Positions 51,426-54,534 of a stretch of 54,534 nt of DNA are shown here, piece after piece; the stretch's first letter is position 1, and the number at the start of each line of letters is the position of its first letter. The position numbers and the translations under genes were made by a program. The DNA lies in NCBI RefSeq assembly GCF_001194135.2, contig NC_068982.1:18063159-18117692 (forward strand), given 5' to 3'. The notes beneath the pieces were generated by a model. It searched no databases. It saw only the letters and a program-made list of their open reading frames with translations, and was not told the DNA's origin. Source of the stretch: Octopus bimaculoides. Lineage: Eukaryota.

Positions 51426-51496
51426 ACACAGACACACACACACACACACACACACACACNNNNNNNNNNNNNNNNNNNNNNNNNNNNNNNNNNNNN

Positions 51497-51543
<47 letters not shown>

Positions 51544-51548
51544 TATAC

Positions 51549-51931
51549 ATAGGCGTAGGAGTCTGTGCTTAGTGAGACGTTTACTCCTCAACCAGATGAC
51601 TCCGAGTTCAGTCCCACTGGATGATACCTTGGTAAACTGTCTTCTACTATAACTTCAGACCGAGCAACACTGTGAGTCGATTCGTTAGACGCAAACTGAA
51701 ATATATGCATATAGATATATATGTACGTGTGTGTGTGCGTGTGTGTGTGTGTGTATGAGTGTGTGTCTGCGTGTGTGGAGTTTGTATGAATGTGCGCTGT
51801 GTTGGTGTTTTTAGGCGTCCGTAACTTAGTGGTTTGGAATAAGAGAATGATAGAATAAGTTCCACATTTTAAAACAAGTCCTGGTGTCGATTTATTTGAC
51901 TACGAGTGCTGCAGTCAAATGACTGAAACAG
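51549..51931 (+). mobile_element. SINE family A, diverged
   Basis: TAGGCGTAGGAGTC head, CCGAGTTCAGTCCCACTG B-box, GCAGTCAAATGACTGAAACAG end. Confidence 0.88.
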
Positions 51932-52070
51932 TTAATACATTAACGATAACTATTACCCAGACGAGATTCATATACGTAAATATGAATGTTTTATAAATTC
52001 TCTGGTGGATATGAATTGAAACACATTGTAGGATACACATTTGTTTTCATTATTCGTTATAGTATATTAA

Positions 52071-52150
52071 GGAGGCGCAATGGCCCAGTGGTTAGGGCAG
52101 CGGACTCGCAATTTTGATTCCCAAACCGGGCGTTGTGAATGTTTACTGAG
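52071..52150 (+). mobile_element. SINE family C head fragment
   Basis: GGAGGCGCAATGGCCCAGTGGTTAGGGCAGCGG matches the head of 30119-30503. Confidence 0.85.
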
Positions 52151-52169
52151 GGATTACCCACGTACTTAA

Positions 52170-52490
52170 TTGCCTACACACACACACACACATACACACA
52201 CACATATATATATATACACGCAGCACGCATTCATTCACGCAACATAAATAGACAATGATAACTACCACCAACACAGGCACATTGTTCGCTCTCACACACG
52301 CACACACGTATGTGCACACAGCACGCGAAAAAGCACATCTCACCTGCTACACCCAATCCGCACACATACGCTACAGACACACACACTTACACATACACAC
52401 ACTCACACACGTCAATGTCACTGGCCCCTATTCACACACACATTTCCATATTCACACACACCATTCTCACATACACATACGCACGCACGC
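52170..52490. repeat. Degenerate (CA)n low-complexity tract
   Basis: Imperfect CA repeats; source of the His/Thr-rich spurious ORFs. Confidence 0.9.
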
Positions 52491-52896
52491 CTTCTCTTAG
52501 GATCACGAGCACTTTATTATCTCCCTGTCTTTCAAACTGCGTTTCCAATCACTCGCCATGCTGGACAGCTGAAATCGACATGTTTTTTTTTCATTCTCTC
52601 ATTCTCTCATTCTCTCATTATTTTCTTCTATTCCTTTCGTTGAAGAGCGTAGGTTCGAAACGTAAAGACTTTTCCATTTTCCCGATCGTCAAATTAATAC
52701 ACTTGCTTGCTTTTCCTACACCTATCCTCGTCTTTTGTGTTTCTATAAATTTTAATGATATATATATATATATATATATAAGATATAGATATATATGTGT
52801 GTGCGTGTGAGTGTGTGTATTTGTGCGTGCGTGTGCGTGTGTGCGTGTGTGTGTATGTGTGTATATGAGTGTGTCTGGTTGTAGGTATGTGTGAGT

Positions 52897-52949
<53 letters not shown>

Positions 52950-53495
52950 GTGTGTGTGTGTGTATATATGTGTGTATAGTTGATATGTATAAGCAAAATA
53001 AGACAAAGTAGAAAATGCTAAAATAATTTTATCATTAAGAACATTTTAGTACCGGTTTCCGTCTTTGGCATTTTCAACTCAGAGTAAAGCATGAAAAACA
53101 ATTAAATTGTGGAAAAATTAAATGAAATAGTTAAAAAAATATTTTCATAGTTTTCAAATGCAAGGGCCATTTCCTTTTCTGCTCTCTATATCTGTCTATA
53201 TTTTTTACTCATGTGAGGTCTTGGTAGCAGGTAGTAGGTAGTAGTAAACCTAATATTTGATATGTGGTCTTGGTTTCAGTTGTTTAAGCAGCAGTGGTAG
53301 CTGAGAAAGGAAGCGACGAAGAAGAAGAAGAACAACAACAACAAGAAGCGGGAGTATGAAAAGAAGAAGAAAAAGGAATAAGTAAAATAATGCGGGACTG
53401 GATGACCTAACAGTCACCTGTTGTGGTTGTAATAGTAGTGAGTGGAATTGTTCTGAATGAATTCATGGGTAGTGATTGTTCTGAATATATCGTTT

Positions 53496-54534
53496 TTAAT
53501 ATTTGCGTACCCTTTTAATAGTGCCATTTGTGGTGGACGCATTCAAAAGGGGTTTATATTTTGTGATAAAATATGACTCCTTACTAATGCGCTGACCACA
53601 GGTTTCATCGTCTTTGAATTTATAGAGGGTAAAAATTCTGAAGCTGGATTGTTTGTTAGTGGCGCAAATGTCGATTGTGTTCGCTGAATGGTATTTTTCT
53701 GAATTCCCAAATTTTGATCTGGGGTCTATGTAGAGCCATCCTTTGACGTAGATTGTTTTTTGGTTCGGCCAGTGTATTGCTTTCGACACTCAGTGTAAGT
53801 TAATACATATATGTGGTTGCCCGAAGCACATGTGAAGTTGTTTTTAACTGTAAAACGTTAGCCCTATTTGAAAGAGAACTCCGATCCCACAATTAGGTTG
53901 ATGCATATATCACAGTTAGGTCTTTCGAATTTTTTTACTGACGGCTTCAGTGTTGCTGCCGAGCCAACTTGGACTTGTGTTAGCAGACTTATCATAGACT
54001 TGGGTTGTCATTTGCTCTTTATGATGGTGTACGTGTGGAGGATTAAATTGATTCTGTGGTCCTTTTTTAAGGAATGTCCAGGAGGATGGTGTCGAAGTCT
54101 TCATTGTTAAGAGGGTTGTGTGTGGAGATGTATAGTGCGGCTTTTGGTTGTAAATCCTTCTTTAATTTGGGATGCCTGAGTTTGTGGATGTTGTGTTGTA
54201 GGGCACTTTGAAAGCCTGGATCAGTTAGTGATGGTGGGTAGTTCTTGGTAATGAGTGTATCCTTTAGATCATGGACTCGTGTGTCCCTGCTGCTTGTATT
54301 AGAACCTATTGTACAAATCCTTTCCGATAGGTTTAAAGGGATATTCATTCTAGTGTGCCTGGGGTCTTATACTATATATCTGTTTCTATATCGTTGTTAG
54401 ATTTCTTAATGAGGATGTCGAGGAACGGAAGTTGTTGATGGCTATATCCCATCGTAAATTGAATGTTTACGTCGAGTCCATTTATAACTGCATGACATTC
54501 TAAGTCTCTCTATACTTTCATGCCAAAGATTCAT
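53496..54534 (-). mobile_element. Penelope-like retroelement (Neptune-like): RT thumb plus GIY-YIG endonuclease, runs off the window end
   Basis: IQFTMGYSHQQLPFLDILIKK...TDI*YK; NIPLNLSERICTI...NYP; RPNCDICINL...NHIYVLTYTECRKQYTGRT; KESYFITKYKPLLN; several stops and frameshifts. Confidence 0.9.

Larger units (their letters stand above)
1519..51496. other. Twelve assembly gaps
   Basis: N runs at 1519-1589, 5510-5936, 6301-6487, 20967-21620, 31245-31961, 37899-38056, 38957-38966, 39351-39615, 40997-41988, 46228-46823, 48993-49404, 51460-51496; nearly all abut CA/TA/CAT repeats. Confidence 0.99.

Noticed and set aside
1-54534. CRISPR array, rRNA or prokaryotic defence system
   Set aside because: No regularly spaced repeat-spacer array, no rRNA motifs and no operon-like ORFs; the DNA is eukaryotic repeat-rich sequence.

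Overview
AT-rich, microsatellite-dense animal DNA with 12 assembly gaps, 11 of them abutting CA/TA/CAT repeats. The SINE families and gap pattern suggest an octopus short-read assembly (inference). I cannot support any host protein-coding exon; the long ORFs in the track are artefacts of microsatellites and N runs. The window is a transposon graveyard. It holds about 20 tRNA-derived SINE copies (three families), about 7 decayed Penelope-like element (PLE) fragments from at least two lineages, two RTE-type LINE remnants, an internally deleted DD37D mariner and an Academ-like inverted-repeat element. The most interesting signal is RNA-structural. There is a type I hammerhead ribozyme with an intact core at 1414-1487. 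There is also a short non-autonomous element (42083-42231, 44423-44758) that joins a tRNA-like Pol III head to a hammerhead and carries PLE-like inverted 5' segments, i.e. a candidate PLE-mobilised ribozyme SINE. Boundaries of decayed repeats are approximate and were judged by eye.
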